64,000 nucleotides of DNA from an uncultured Gammaproteobacteria bacterium (GCA_913054335.1 CAJXHL010000001.1:22502-86501); one strand, 5' to 3'; shown: positions 17,765 through 27,075, numbered from the stretch's first letter. Made by a program: numbers and translations. The notes: generated from the sequence alone by a model not told the origin.

Positions 17765-18886
17765 CTAAGAGCGCAACCTGCGAATAAGAGCAAGTATTTG
17801 CAAGCGAGAAGCCAGAAGATAGTTGCTTGAGTCGTGATCAATGATTTTAAGGCTACGCGTGTTGCAGAAGTCGATAACAATTTCTTTGTCAATATTGCTA
17901 CAATCAAACGATTCGCCATTAATGTAACAATTAATGTCATCACCTGATAGTTGATAGGCGATACGGCAACATGGTTGCAGCTCGTAAGTCGCCTCAAGAT
18001 CAAGTGGCTTAAGCTCGTTGTAGGCGCTAATTTCATTCATGTTTTGCTCGTCCATTGGGTCAAGCTTTGTAACAAAGGCGCCAAAAAAATCATCAGGCAA
18101 TGCAATACCCTCTAGAAACGATTTGGCTTGACTAAAAGCCGCTTCAGGAATGAGGGCTGCTGAGTCCTCTTCTTGCCACTCAGGGTCTTGGTAATAAGTG
18201 ATTTTTTCAACTGTATCGCCAATATCCATCGCTAACAACATTTCTTGGTGTGAGTAAGAGCGATAACCGATGGACAGCGTCATACAATCATCATCCAAGC
18301 TAACGCCATGATGAGCAACTTTAGGTGGCACGTAAACCACATCCCCGGGTTCAGCATCCCAAACAACTTCTGGGTTAAACTCCTTCATGATTCTGAGGGG
18401 TACATTACTTAGATAGTTGTCAAGAGTGCAATTTTCGGTACTAATATGCCAGCGCCTCCTACCACCTCCTTGTAGTAAAAAAACATCGTAATAGTCAAAA
18501 TGAGGGCCGACACCTCCGCCTTTTGCTGCGTAAGAAATCATCACGTCATCAAAGCGCCAACGCGGAATAAAATCAAATTGATCGATGAGGTGATAAACCT
18601 CATCAACGTAGCGGTCTACTCCTTGAACAAGCAGTGTCCAATTATCGTCAGGTAATTCAGAAAACATTTCTTCTGGAAATGCACCATTTGTTAATTGCCA
18701 GTTATTGTCATCAGTTGAACCTATAATAATTCTTGATTCGAATTCAGCTTCACAGGCAAGGCCGGCCAACTCATCGGGTGAAAGTGGTGAAATGAAATCT
18801 GGTAACGCTTGTTTGATTAACAGGGGCTTTTTCTGCCAATAATCTCGCAGAAATTCTTGCTGTGATATTTTTCCAAAATGAATCAT
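17765..18886 (-). CDS. JmjC/cupin ribosomal oxygenase (RoxA/YcfD-like)
   Basis: FLRDYWQKKPLLI, PRWRFDDVMISYA..GGVGPHFDYYDVFLLQ, PPKVAHHG. Confidence 0.88.
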   Translation of the reverse strand: MIHFGKISQQEFLRDYWQKKPLLIKQALPDFISPLSPDELAGLACEAEFESRIIIGSTDDNNWQLTNGAFPEEMFSELPDDNWTLLVQGVDRYVDEVYHLIDQFDFIPRWRFDDVMISYAAKGGGVGPHFDYYDVFLLQGGGRRRWHISTENCTLDNYLSNVPLRIMKEFNPEVVWDAEPGDVVYVPPKVAHHGVSLDDDCMTLSIGYRSYSHQEMLLAMDIGDTVEKITYYQDPEWQEEDSAALIPEAAFSQAKSFLEGIALPDDFFGAFVTKLDPMDEQNMNEISAYNELKPLDLEATYELQPCCRIAYQLSGDDINCYINGESFDCSNIDKEIVIDFCNTRSLKIIDHDSSNYLLASRLQILALIRRLRS

Positions 18887-18986
18887 TACGTATTATTTCA
18901 AAAATTCAATGCTATTATTTTATTAAAATATAGCTAATCGCGATGCACTAAATGCATCGATTAAACGCTAATCAGGACAAGTAATT

Positions 18987-19772
18987 ATGAATAAAGTATT
19001 GATAACGATCATTGATTGCGAGAAATACCCTTTTAAAAGCAAGGATTTTCGAGTTCAATGCAAACAACAACTGGACGCTAATGGTTTATTAGTTTTGAGT
19101 GGGCTGCTTTTGCCAAGCGCAATACAAGCACTTATAGAAGAGGCAAACGCGAATGAGCATCTTGCTTATTATTGTGAAAATAACCACAATGTTTATTTGA
19201 GGCCACAAGACGAATCGTTGTCAGAAAACCACCCAAGAAATCAAATTGTTAGTTCTTCAAAGGGCTGTATTACAGATGATCAGGTGCCCAGTGAGTCACC
19301 CCTTAAGGCGTTATATAACGCTAAAGAATTTCAGGATTTTCTTTGTGCTGTATTAGGTGAGAGTGCCTTGTACAAATATGATGACAATCTCTCTTCTGTA
19401 AACGTTCATTACGCATGTGCAGGACAGGAGTTGGGCTGGCATTTTGACAATTCATCTTTCGCAATAACATTGTTAATTCAAAAGCCTAAAGGCGGCGGTT
19501 CTTTTGAATACATTCGTGACTTTAGGAATTCAGAAAATGATGAGATGAATTATGAGGGGGTTGGCGCGCTACTTGCTGGCGAGCACTCACCCGATGTTTT
19601 ATCGATTGAGCCGGGTGACCTTGTTTTGTTTCGTGGACGTAATTCGTTACACAGAGTAACACCCACGAAGGGTGATAGGGTTAGAATTTTATCCGTTTTG
19701 GCTTACAATACAGAGCCGGGTGTGCAGTTATCAGAATCAGCTCGAATGACGTTTTATGGCAGGTTAAACTGA
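18987..19772 (+). CDS. 2OG-Fe(II) oxygenase, HalD/BesD-like family with HxD triad
   Basis: ELGWHFDNSSF, GDLVLFRGRNSLHRVT. Confidence 0.75.
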   Translation: MNKVLITIIDCEKYPFKSKDFRVQCKQQLDANGLLVLSGLLLPSAIQALIEEANANEHLAYYCENNHNVYLRPQDESLSENHPRNQIVSSSKGCITDDQVPSESPLKALYNAKEFQDFLCAVLGESALYKYDDNLSSVNVHYACAGQELGWHFDNSSFAITLLIQKPKGGGSFEYIRDFRNSENDEMNYEGVGALLAGEHSPDVLSIEPGDLVLFRGRNSLHRVTPTKGDRVRILSVLAYNTEPGVQLSESARMTFYGRLN

Positions 19773-19866
19773 GCTTAAACTCATTAATTCTCTGTTTGAA
19801 CGGCTTGCACTCTTTTTTTTGGTGCAATGGTATGATTGTGCTCTTTAACGAACTTTGGAGGATGCA

Positions 19867-20262
19867 ATGAAAGGAAGCTGCTTGTGCGGTGGTGTTGTCT
19901 ACGAGATTGACCCGCCTTTTAAGATTTTTCAATATTGTCACTGCTCACGCTGCCGCAAATTTACAGGCAGTGCACACGCTGCCAATCTATTTGTGCCACC
20001 CAGTCAATTTCGTTGGCTTAAAGGTAAAGAGCAACTGGGGAGGTTTGAACATCCAGAGGCAAAATACTTTGCAACGGGTTTTTGCATAAATTGCGGATCA
20101 TCAATGCCTTGGGCGGTTAAAGGCGGTGTAAATATCGTTGTGCCTGCTGGAACACTGGACGAAGATCCAGAGATTAAACCACAACAAAGTATCTTTTGGG
20201 ATTCCCGTGCGTGCTGGTTTGAGGAAAATCAAGATTTAATAAAGTTCGAGGGAACTGGTTAA
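19867..20262 (+). CDS. GFA/CENP-V family Zn protein
   Basis: GSCLCGGV, CHCSRCRK, FC..CGS. Confidence 0.92.
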   Translation: MKGSCLCGGVVYEIDPPFKIFQYCHCSRCRKFTGSAHAANLFVPPSQFRWLKGKEQLGRFEHPEAKYFATGFCINCGSSMPWAVKGGVNIVVPAGTLDEDPEIKPQQSIFWDSRACWFEENQDLIKFEGTG

Positions 20263-20302
20263 AAGGGCAAAAAAAATAAGTAAGTAGGTGTAGAAAATAA
20301 CA

Positions 20303-21007
20303 ATGAAGATATCAGGTAAAAAAGCACTCGTTTTTGGCGGGACGTCTGGCATTGGCCTTGCCACTGCAAAACAACTTGCGGCGTTAGGAGCCAAAGTCGT
20401 TTCAATCAGTCGCCACCCACAAAAAGCTGGCGATAAGTTAAAGGGTATTTCGCTGCAAAAGTGTGATGTTCGTGATCGAGAGGCATTAGCAAAACTATTT
20501 CAAGGGCACGCACCTTTTGACATATTGGTGAGCACTGCACCCGGTGGAACAAGATCTCTTGGTCCTTTTCTAGAAATGGATATGGATGGTTATCAGACCT
20601 CTTTTGATAAATTATGGGGTTATGCGAATGTTGTGCGTTTTGGCGCGCAGTATATGAGCAAAGAGGGGGCTATCGTGCTCGTTAGCGGAGCGCCAGCACG
20701 AAGACCTAAAGCTGGGCAAGTGTCATTAGCCTCAGTTGGTGCGGCAGTTGAGACAATGGTTAGAACAGTTGCATCTGAATTAGCACCGCGGCGTATTAAT
20801 GTAGTCTCTCCTGGGATTATCGATACACCGATGGTTTCCATTGAAGGAAAAGAGCGAGAGACATTATTTAAAGAACGAACTAGCGACCACATAATCCCAC
20901 GTGCTGGAACTGCAGAAGAGGTGTCACAGGGTATTTTATTTGCAATTCAGAACGATTTTGTCACTGGCACAACCATTGATGTGGATGGCGGCTGGTTACT
21001 TTCTTAA
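20303..21007 (+). CDS. SDR family oxidoreductase (no obvious YxxxK)
   Basis: GGTSGIG Rossmann motif, RINVVSPGIIDTP, IDVDGG. Confidence 0.88.
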   Translation: MKISGKKALVFGGTSGIGLATAKQLAALGAKVVSISRHPQKAGDKLKGISLQKCDVRDREALAKLFQGHAPFDILVSTAPGGTRSLGPFLEMDMDGYQTSFDKLWGYANVVRFGAQYMSKEGAIVLVSGAPARRPKAGQVSLASVGAAVETMVRTVASELAPRRINVVSPGIIDTPMVSIEGKERETLFKERTSDHIIPRAGTAEEVSQGILFAIQNDFVTGTTIDVDGGWLLS

Positions 21008-21090
21008 AGAATGTTGACACAATCATCTTAATGTCCATTTTTGTTAACTAAAATAACAACCTTATTCACTGTGTAATCTTAAGAGTAATC

Positions 21091-21399
21091 ATGAAAAAAA
21101 CATTCAAATTAACACATCCAAAAATCAAACCCGCAAGGCTTGTTGAAGCGGTCAGACGTGATGTGAAAAAATACCTAAAAAGAGAGGGTAGAAAAGCCCT
21201 TCCTGAGGGTGTTGATTATTGGGACTTTGATTGCAAATACGGCCCAACTGAAGACAGGGCGGAAGTTATTCATACGGCCGAACTTAGTAAATGCATTGGT
21301 GAAGCTGAGGCGGAAGGCTTAGAATCGTTTTATTTGGAAATACTGGCCAAGCCGGGTTACAGAACCAAAAAACCTACGGAGCCTGACTTTGAAGAGTAA
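21091..21399 (+). CDS. DUF6172-like conserved small protein
   Basis: MKKTFKLTHPK.KP.RLVEA...VKKYLKRE..K.LPEGVDYWDFDC. Confidence 0.7.
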   Translation: MKKTFKLTHPKIKPARLVEAVRRDVKKYLKREGRKALPEGVDYWDFDCKYGPTEDRAEVIHTAELSKCIGEAEAEGLESFYLEILAKPGYRTKKPTEPDFEE

Positions 21400-21440
21400 T
21401 TCATAACTCTTTTAGCCATTACGCTTTCAATATTTAATAA

Positions 21441-22040
21441 ATGACAGGTTTTCTTTCTGGCTTCGTATTGGGATTAAGTTTGATTTTGGCAATTGGTGCG
21501 CAAAATGCCTTTATTCTTAAACAGGGCTTAAAACAACAACACGTCTTTATCTTGTGCTTAATTTGTGCAATTTCTGATGCTGTGCTCATTATTATTGGCG
21601 TATTTGGCTTTTCTCTTGCTATCAATATTTTGCCTGAAGTGGAATCTTTTGCTCGATATGCAGGTGCTATTTTCCTTTTAGTCTACGGTGCTCGAAGTTT
21701 TTACTTTGCTTTTAATAGCAATGATGCATTGAAAGAAAGTGAGGTATCTAAAACTTCACTTGCGCCAGCTGTATTGGCATGCCTCGCGTTTACATGGTTA
21801 AACCCTCATGTGTATTTAGACACGCTTTTTCTGCTCGGCTCTGTTTCTACTCAATACCTCGATGAGCAATATCAATTTGCATTGGGAGCGACGATTGCCT
21901 CATTTGTATTTTTCTTTTCTTTGGGATACGGGGCTCGCTTATTGGCGCCTATTTTTAACAAACCCATGGCTTGGAAAGTGCTAGAATTTGTTATTGGTTG
22001 CATCATGTGGCTCATTGCAATTAGCTTGGTTATTGTTTAG
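21441..22040 (+). CDS. LysE/ArgO-family amino acid exporter
   Basis: LILAIGAQNAFILKQG, TWLNPHVYLDT. Confidence 0.92.
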   Translation: MTGFLSGFVLGLSLILAIGAQNAFILKQGLKQQHVFILCLICAISDAVLIIIGVFGFSLAINILPEVESFARYAGAIFLLVYGARSFYFAFNSNDALKESEVSKTSLAPAVLACLAFTWLNPHVYLDTLFLLGSVSTQYLDEQYQFALGATIASFVFFFSLGYGARLLAPIFNKPMAWKVLEFVIGCIMWLIAISLVIV

Positions 22041-22042
22041 TT

Positions 22043-22392
22043 GAGGCCTTTACGTAAAGCATTTTATGTTTGATAGTGGGATTTTTTTTATTTTACAAGG
22101 CATATTTTTTTGAAGTTCTACTTGTTGTATAGCGATAAAATTTAACACAGGAAAATATAGTGCAAAGCCTGCCCTTGGGTGAAAAATTCCCTATCCCGAA
22201 GGGCTGAGGTTAACAATGTTAAAGCTAAGCCAAACAACGCCTTGGCGTTTGTTTGTGCGAAACTTATACTTTAGTGTAAAAAGTGCAGAATAATTCTCAT
22301 CAATAGCTAATGCTATTAATTTCAAATTTTTACACATTTTTTATTCATTACTACCACTCAGCAAACTTTAAAATGATTTATGTAAAGGCCTC
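22043..22392 (+). mobile_element. MITE-like repeat, copy 2 (long form, 350 bp)
   Basis: TIR GAGGCCTTTACGTAAAGCATTTTA / TAAAATGATTTATGTAAAGGCCTC; flanks TAGTT / TAGTA. Confidence 0.85.
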
Positions 22393-22404
22393 TAGTAATT
22401 ATTT

Positions 22405-23034
22405 ATGTCAGATTCAGAAAATACAAATCTACAAACCCACGAAGATGGTATCACTCGTTGTTATTGGGGAAAAGACGACTTAGATTATCGCAAATACCAT
22501 GATGAAGAATGGGGTAGACCGACCACCAATGATTTTCGACTCTTTGAAAAAATTTGCTTAGAAGGCTTTCAATCGGGACTTTCATGGCTAACCATCCTAC
22601 GAAAGCGCGAGAATTTTAGGAAGGCGTTTGCTGGGTTCGACTTTAATAAAGTCGCTCAATATAATGATGAGAATGTTGCTCAGCTTCTACAAAATAGCGG
22701 CATTATTCGTCACCGAGGAAAGATCGAGGCAACGATTAATAATGCGCATCGAGCCATAGAGATTGTTGATGAATTTGGAAGCCTCTGTACCTACATTTGG
22801 CAATGGGAACCAAAGTCAAAAGAACCACACATTGGCAAGGGGGATTACGATCATCCTATCCCTAGTATCACCAAAACATCCCAAGCGTTAAGCAAAGATT
22901 TAAAAAAACGCGGGTGGAAGTTTTTCGGCCCAACAACAGCCTACGCCTTTATGCAGGCAATGGGGCTGGTTAATGATCATGTAGAAGGTTGTGCTTTCAG
23001 AGGTGTTGCAATCAAATTAAGGAAGGAATTATAA
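22405..23034 (+). CDS. tag: DNA-3-methyladenine glycosylase I
   Basis: YHDEEWG, LFEKICLEGFQSGLSW, GLVNDH. Confidence 0.93.
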   Translation: MSDSENTNLQTHEDGITRCYWGKDDLDYRKYHDEEWGRPTTNDFRLFEKICLEGFQSGLSWLTILRKRENFRKAFAGFDFNKVAQYNDENVAQLLQNSGIIRHRGKIEATINNAHRAIEIVDEFGSLCTYIWQWEPKSKEPHIGKGDYDHPIPSITKTSQALSKDLKKRGWKFFGPTTAYAFMQAMGLVNDHVEGCAFRGVAIKLRKEL

Positions 23035-23080
23035 CTTCCATAATATGAAAACCCCACCCAAGAAAGCTAAAAAAACTAGC

Positions 23081-23110
23081 CTGTTCCCAATAAATCTGTC
23101 CCCAATAAAT
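23081..23110 (+). repeat. Tandem 15-bp repeat CTGT(T/C)CCCAATAAAT, with a third copy at 24821-24835
   Basis: ctgttcccaataaat-ctgtccccaataaat; ctgtacccaataaat at 24821. Confidence 0.7.
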
Positions 23111-23192
23111 TTCAGATTTGTGCCCACGTATTAGAACAAGAGACCCGCTTCACGATTTGAAAACTATTTGAACAATCTTTTAATTAAAACAC

Positions 23193-24068
23193 ATGAAAAA
23201 ACGCAGATTAGGCTCATCCGGAATTTCAGTCAACCCAATTGGCTTGGGGGCGATGCCGCTGTCCACTGTTAATCGACCGACTAGTCAACAAGCGATACAT
23301 CTAATTTGTGAGGCATTGGACGCAGGTATTGATTTTATTGATACAGCGGATGTTTATTGTCTGGACGATAATGATATTGGCCACAATGAACGTTTGATTG
23401 CCAAAGCGTTCAAAGCTTGGCAGGGTAGTACACCTGTTACTGTTGCGACAAAAGGCGGTTTAGTGCGACCCAACGGCGATTGGGTTGATAATGGCCACCC
23501 TGATCACCTCAAGGCTGCCTGTGAGGCAAGCTTAATTGCACTTGATACAGAAACCATTGATTTGTATCACTTTCATGAACCCGATAAAAAAGTGCCTTTT
23601 GAAGAAAGTATGGGCGCTTTGATTGACCTTAAGAATGCTGGAAAGATTCGTAATCTTGGCCTTTCAAATGCCACTCTTGAGCAGATTATCCAAGCCCGTA
23701 AAATGGTTGATATTGTTAGTGTCCAAGATCGCTGTAGCCCCTTTGACCTTGATTATTTTCGCAATGGTATTATTGATTACTGCGAACAACAAAACATCGC
23801 TTTTTTGGCTTACAGTCCCGTTGGTGGTGGCAATGGTAAAGTTCGCACTGAGAATAGTCATCCACTGAACAAAGTAGCACAGGCCTTTGACGCAACACCT
23901 TATCAAATTGCACTGGCATGGTTGCTTGGGAAGTCGCCAGTGATGATTCCAATTCCTGGGGCCAGCCGCGTCGAAAATGCTATCAGCAGTGCCGATGCTA
24001 TGTCTATTAAATTATCAGATGACGATATGCTTTATCTTAATCAAGCCTTTGGCGTTGCGAAAACCTAA
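23193..24068 (+). CDS. Aldo/keto reductase
   Basis: IGLGAM, FIDTADVY, IDLYHFH, LAYSPVGG, IPIPG. Confidence 0.93.
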   Translation: MKKRRLGSSGISVNPIGLGAMPLSTVNRPTSQQAIHLICEALDAGIDFIDTADVYCLDDNDIGHNERLIAKAFKAWQGSTPVTVATKGGLVRPNGDWVDNGHPDHLKAACEASLIALDTETIDLYHFHEPDKKVPFEESMGALIDLKNAGKIRNLGLSNATLEQIIQARKMVDIVSVQDRCSPFDLDYFRNGIIDYCEQQNIAFLAYSPVGGGNGKVRTENSHPLNKVAQAFDATPYQIALAWLLGKSPVMIPIPGASRVENAISSADAMSIKLSDDDMLYLNQAFGVAKT

Positions 24069-24182
24069 ATAGAATCTATGAATAAAAAACTAACCCGTTC
24101 TCAATAATGCTCTAATTTTCTATTTTTTTTATGCTGTATCTTTAGTGCGCAGTCCAACCTTATCTTTATAACCCAATAAATC

Positions 24183-24761
24183 ATGAATAACGAAGCTGTA
24201 GTTGACTTTTTAAAAGAAATAGAAAAATTTAAAACTTGTGAAAGAACGTGCCGTACAACAGACACAACTCGAGCTGAGAGCGATGCTGAGCACTCGTGGC
24301 ATTTGGCTACTTTCCTTTTATTACTAGAGGATGAATTGCCTGAAGCTGACTTTACTAAAGTGCTTAAACTTGCTTTGATCCATGACTTGCCAGAGATATA
24401 TGCAGGTGATACCAATCCCTATAGAGGTGATTTAACAAACAAAGAAGCAAACGAAAAAGCAGCAGCAGATAAATTGTTCAACATGTTGCCGAGCACTCCT
24501 AAGCTTAAATTTAAACAGCTATTTGAAGAGTATCTAAATCAAACGACCATTGAGGCGCGTTTAGTCAAATCGGCGGATAAATTGATGCCTTTGATTCAAA
24601 ACCTTTGCACCAATAATGAGTATTCTTCCTATAGAAAGTTGGAAGTGGATTACCAAGAAGCGAAAGAATACTTAGATAAATACTTTCAAACAGGCGGTGT
24701 ATTAAAACAAATGTACGAGAATCTTTTGCAAGAAGCCAAAGCCAAAGGAGTTTTTTATTAA
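24183..24761 (+). CDS. HD-domain hydrolase (YfbR/HD_3-like)
   Basis: ESDAEHSWHL, ALIHDLPEIYAGD, ADKL. Confidence 0.9.
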   Translation: MNNEAVVDFLKEIEKFKTCERTCRTTDTTRAESDAEHSWHLATFLLLLEDELPEADFTKVLKLALIHDLPEIYAGDTNPYRGDLTNKEANEKAAADKLFNMLPSTPKLKFKQLFEEYLNQTTIEARLVKSADKLMPLIQNLCTNNEYSSYRKLEVDYQEAKEYLDKYFQTGGVLKQMYENLLQEAKAKGVFY

Positions 24762-24856
24762 ATGCTTTTTAAATGCAGTCGGTAAATTGTGTACTTAGAG
24801 TGAGGCATAACAAAACTAATCTGTACCCAATAAATTTATAAGTCAAGGAGAATGAA

Positions 24857-25258
24857 GTGAAAATAACTGGCGAGTGTTTTTGTGGAGAAGTGAAATACCA
24901 AATTGATGGCAGACTTTGTGATGCAAGATCTTGCCACTGTTCCCGTTGCCGTAAAGCATTCAGCGCACAAGCATCCGCTTACGCATTGGTTGATCCATCA
25001 AAGTTTAAGTGGTTATCTGGTAAGGATATACTCACATCCTATATTGGAAGCCATGGCTTCGGATTGCAGTTCTGTAGTCAATGCGGTTCTACTCTTTGTG
25101 GTATTCTTAATGGTGTTGTTCATGGCGTCACATTGGGTTGCGTAAACGGTGATCCAGAAATTGAGATTGGCAAACACATTTATGTTGGCTCTAAAGCACA
25201 GTGGGAAATAATCCCTGAGGGTGTTCCGCAATTCAACGAAGGTGCGCCGGAAAATTAA
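24857..25258 (+). CDS. GFA/CENP-V family Zn protein
   Basis: GECFCGEV, CHCSRCRK, FCSQCGS. Confidence 0.92.
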   Translation: MKITGECFCGEVKYQIDGRLCDARSCHCSRCRKAFSAQASAYALVDPSKFKWLSGKDILTSYIGSHGFGLQFCSQCGSTLCGILNGVVHGVTLGCVNGDPEIEIGKHIYVGSKAQWEIIPEGVPQFNEGAPEN

Positions 25259-25294
25259 AGGGGGTCGTTGTCTTTCATCATAGGAGAAACCGAG

Positions 25295-25696
25295 ATGACA
25301 ATTAAAGGCGGATGCTTATGCGGCAAGGTTCGTTACGAAATCACTGGGCCACTCTTTAGTGCAGATCACTGCCATTGCTCTATGTGTAGACGTCAGCATG
25401 GCGCAGCATTTTCTACTTATGCAAAATTTAATCCAGGTGATTTTAAATGGATTTCAGGGGAAGACTTTGTAAAAGTATTCGATCCGTCGTCAGCTGGTGG
25501 ATGGTGCTTTTGTAGTGAGTGTGGTTCGACATTAGCAGGAACCGATAAAGGTGATACTACCACTGTAACGCTCGGCACGGTTGAGGGTGATCCAGGCATA
25601 AAGCCAGAGTCGCATATCTTCGTAGGCTCCAAAGCCCAGTGGCATGATATATGTGATAATCTTCCACAATTCGAAAAACGATCTCCAAATACCTGA
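25295..25696 (+). CDS. GFA/CENP-V family Zn protein (ATG at 25295; TTG at 25268 in ORF track)
   Basis: GGCLCGKV, CHCSMCRR, FCSECGS. Confidence 0.92.
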   Translation: MTIKGGCLCGKVRYEITGPLFSADHCHCSMCRRQHGAAFSTYAKFNPGDFKWISGEDFVKVFDPSSAGGWCFCSECGSTLAGTDKGDTTTVTLGTVEGDPGIKPESHIFVGSKAQWHDICDNLPQFEKRSPNT

Positions 25697-25755
25697 GAGC
25701 CACTGTATTTAAAAAAACGTTAACCATTTATAAAAATAATAATTAAGGAAATAAA

Positions 25756-26199
25756 ATGAAATTTAATATATACCTTTCAGGCGAGATTCACTCAGACTGG
25801 AGAGAGCAAATTATCGAAGGGTGCTCTCAAGAAAATCTTGAAATCTCTTTCTCTTCGCCGGTTACAAATCATGAGGCTAGTGATGCGGCAGGCGATTGTC
25901 TTGGCTTAGAGAGTGATTCTTTTTGGCGTGACCATAAGTCCGCCAAAGTAAATGCCATTCGTACCAAAACACAAATCGAAAAATGCGACTTAGCAATCAT
26001 TCGTTTTGGTGAAAAGTACAAACAATGGAATGCCGCTTTTGACGCAGGTTATTGCGCTGCGCTCGGCAAGCCATACATCACATTGCATGACAAATCACTT
26101 GTTCATCCATTGAAAGAAGTCAATTCTCAGGCTCAAGCTTGGGCGCAAACCCCAGAACAAATAATAGAAATTCTAAAGTACTTACTCTGCCAAAAGTAA
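25756..26199 (+). CDS. YtoQ-family protein
   Basis: YLSGEIHSDWRE, WRDHKSAK.N.IR, RFGEKYKQWNAAFDAG, HPLKEV. Confidence 0.88.
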   Translation: MKFNIYLSGEIHSDWREQIIEGCSQENLEISFSSPVTNHEASDAAGDCLGLESDSFWRDHKSAKVNAIRTKTQIEKCDLAIIRFGEKYKQWNAAFDAGYCAALGKPYITLHDKSLVHPLKEVNSQAQAWAQTPEQIIEILKYLLCQK

Positions 26200-26201
26200 A
26201 A

Positions 26202-26270
26202 GCCTAACAAACGGCTGGCAAGGGTCTTTAAAGCCGTACACTTTTCTCATGAGTTATACAGGTGTTATAA
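26202..26270 (+). mobile_element. Degenerate attC-like site after ytoQ
   Basis: GCCTAAC-AAACGGCT inverse-core-like start 3 bp after the stop, ACGGCT/AGCCGT stem, GTTATAC and GTTATAA core-like ends. Confidence 0.4.
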
Positions 26271-26277
26271 AAAATTA

Positions 26278-26486
26278 ATGAAGCAATCAATAATTGGTTA
26301 CCATAAGGATGAAGAAAATGATTGGGTAGCTGAATTATTTTTGGTCATTTTCAGCATGTTAGGCATAATCCACCCTTCACCAATCGTCCATGGGTGGTAG
26401 TAGAATCGGGTCGTGATTTAATGTTAGGTTCTGAGCTAAATTGTCAAAAATGTGATTTGGGTGATCCAAAAGACATATTGAGATAG
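26278..26486 (+). pseudogene. DUF3565-family protein with a 1-bp deletion frameshift
   Basis: MKQSIIGYHKDEENDWVAELF then shifted frame GHFQHVRHNPPFTNRPWV...ELNCQKCD; a base is missing in the T run near 26338-26342. Not in the ORF track. Confidence 0.75.
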
Positions 26487-26604
26487 AGCCACATCTGGTT
26501 GTTAAGATTCACAATAATAATGGTAACACTTACTAATTATTATAACAATGACAAAATTAAGGTAATTAAGTACATGTCCACAACTCCCTTCCCCAACTTC
26601 CTAT

Positions 26605-27075
26605 ATGAAGAGTAATATTGTTATCAAGCCATTGATTGATCACCAAGAAGCCATCCCTGAACTTGTGGATTGGTTCGTTACGCAGTGGCCAGAATACTAT
26701 GGTGTGGATGGCAAGGGAAATGCCCAAAAAGACGTTGAAAATTATGCAAATAATGGCACTATTCCGCTTGGCTTGGTTGCGTATAAAGGTAATCAATTGT
26801 GCGGTTTTATGGCGCTTAAAGCTGAGTCATTTGCCTCGCTGACCTATAGCGAACCGTGGGTAGGTGCTGGCTTTGTTTTGCCTGAAATGCGTGCTCAGGG
26901 TATAGGCACTAGGTTGTTATCTGCAATCGAAAACAAAGCTGCGAGTATGGGATATTCTCAGCTTTATTCTGGCACAGCCAAGTCTCATGGCTTGCTGCAA
27001 CGAGCTGGTTGGACTAGAGAAAATGAAGTCTTTCAAGATGGAAAAAAAGTAACTATTTATACAAAAAAACTCTAG
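26605..27075 (+). CDS. GNAT N-acetyltransferase
   Basis: PWVGAGFVLPEMRAQGIGTRLL. Confidence 0.85.
   Translation: MKSNIVIKPLIDHQEAIPELVDWFVTQWPEYYGVDGKGNAQKDVENYANNGTIPLGLVAYKGNQLCGFMALKAESFASLTYSEPWVGAGFVLPEMRAQGIGTRLLSAIENKAASMGYSQLYSGTAKSHGLLQRAGWTRENEVFQDGKKVTIYTKKL

Noticed and set aside
18987-19772. Halogenase call for the BesD-like oxygenase
   Set aside because: The metal motif is HFD; halogenases replace the Asp with Gly or Ala.
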